DNA of 64,000 nt from Trichosphaerium sp. ATCC 40318. Lineage: Eukaryota > Protista > Tubulinea. Shown piece after piece: positions 63,676 through 64,000 of the stretch; the stretch's first letter is position 1, and the number at the start of each line of letters is the position of its first letter. The notes under the pieces are model-generated. The model did no database searches. It was not told the DNA's origin and was given only the letters and a program-made list of their open reading frames with translations. The DNA lies in contig JALMLS010000030.1 of NCBI GenBank assembly GCA_038496445.1, positions 1 through 64,000 of the forward strand, read 5' to 3'. The translations under genes and the position numbers were made by a program.

Positions 63676-64000
63676 ATGTAATTAACACGTGCTTTTGAGA
63701 CTTGAGTTTCTAGTGTACCAACTATATTCATACTCATGCTCTTTGTAGTTTAGTTTTTATCTCACAAGCTGACATAAGTATTGACGGAGTGCCAGTTGAC
63801 AATTTATGGGATAAGATAGTTTTTCTGTTCAATTTTATCATAACTTGGTGTAAAGGAGAAAACAAAATTATTGAAAACACAACTGACATAAGCCATTGGA
63901 CTATAACGGCATGTAAATTTATAATAAGTGTGTGCGAGGAAATAACCGAGTATTTCAAACGTGGATAATAAGTAATACTTAATCTGGCAACTGTATTACG

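Noticed and set aside
1-64000. Stop-codon reassignment to explain the many short ORFs
   Set aside because: Conserved genes assemble through canonical short introns and end in TAA, TAG or TGA, so the standard code fits.

Overview
AT-rich (~35% GC by eye), gene-dense eukaryotic genomic DNA with many short spliceosomal introns and the standard genetic code. The gene content (class C/GABA-B-like GPCRs, HRDxAxRN tyrosine-kinase-like kinases, filamin repeats) suggests a free-living amoeboid protist, probably Amoebozoa; this is inference. Conserved genes are ARL2, NOSIP, an HSD17B14-like SDR, an MGRN1/LOG2-like RING E3, a type-B carboxylesterase, ferroportin, an anoctamin and tRNA-Leu(AAG). Accessory content includes intron-poor F-box-like/MORN-variant genes, a UBL-UBL fusion protein, a UBA-kinase, a LAMP-like membrane protein, a VIT-only protein, a MITE-like element and two inverted copies of a fusion between a catalytically degenerate sialate O-acetylesterase-like domain and a GH27 alpha-galactosidase. 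The most unusual signals are: roughly 10-fold enrichment of CACGTG, which also forms two GC-AG splice donors; a U12-type minor intron in a GPCR; a 156-bp inverted duplication that breaks a tRNA at its T-loop next to a hairpin-forming segment; the pseudo-esterase/GH27 fusion with a gene-conversion mosaic; and the giant-virus-like F-box/MORN family. Exon structures were assembled by eye, so several gene starts and ends are approximate.
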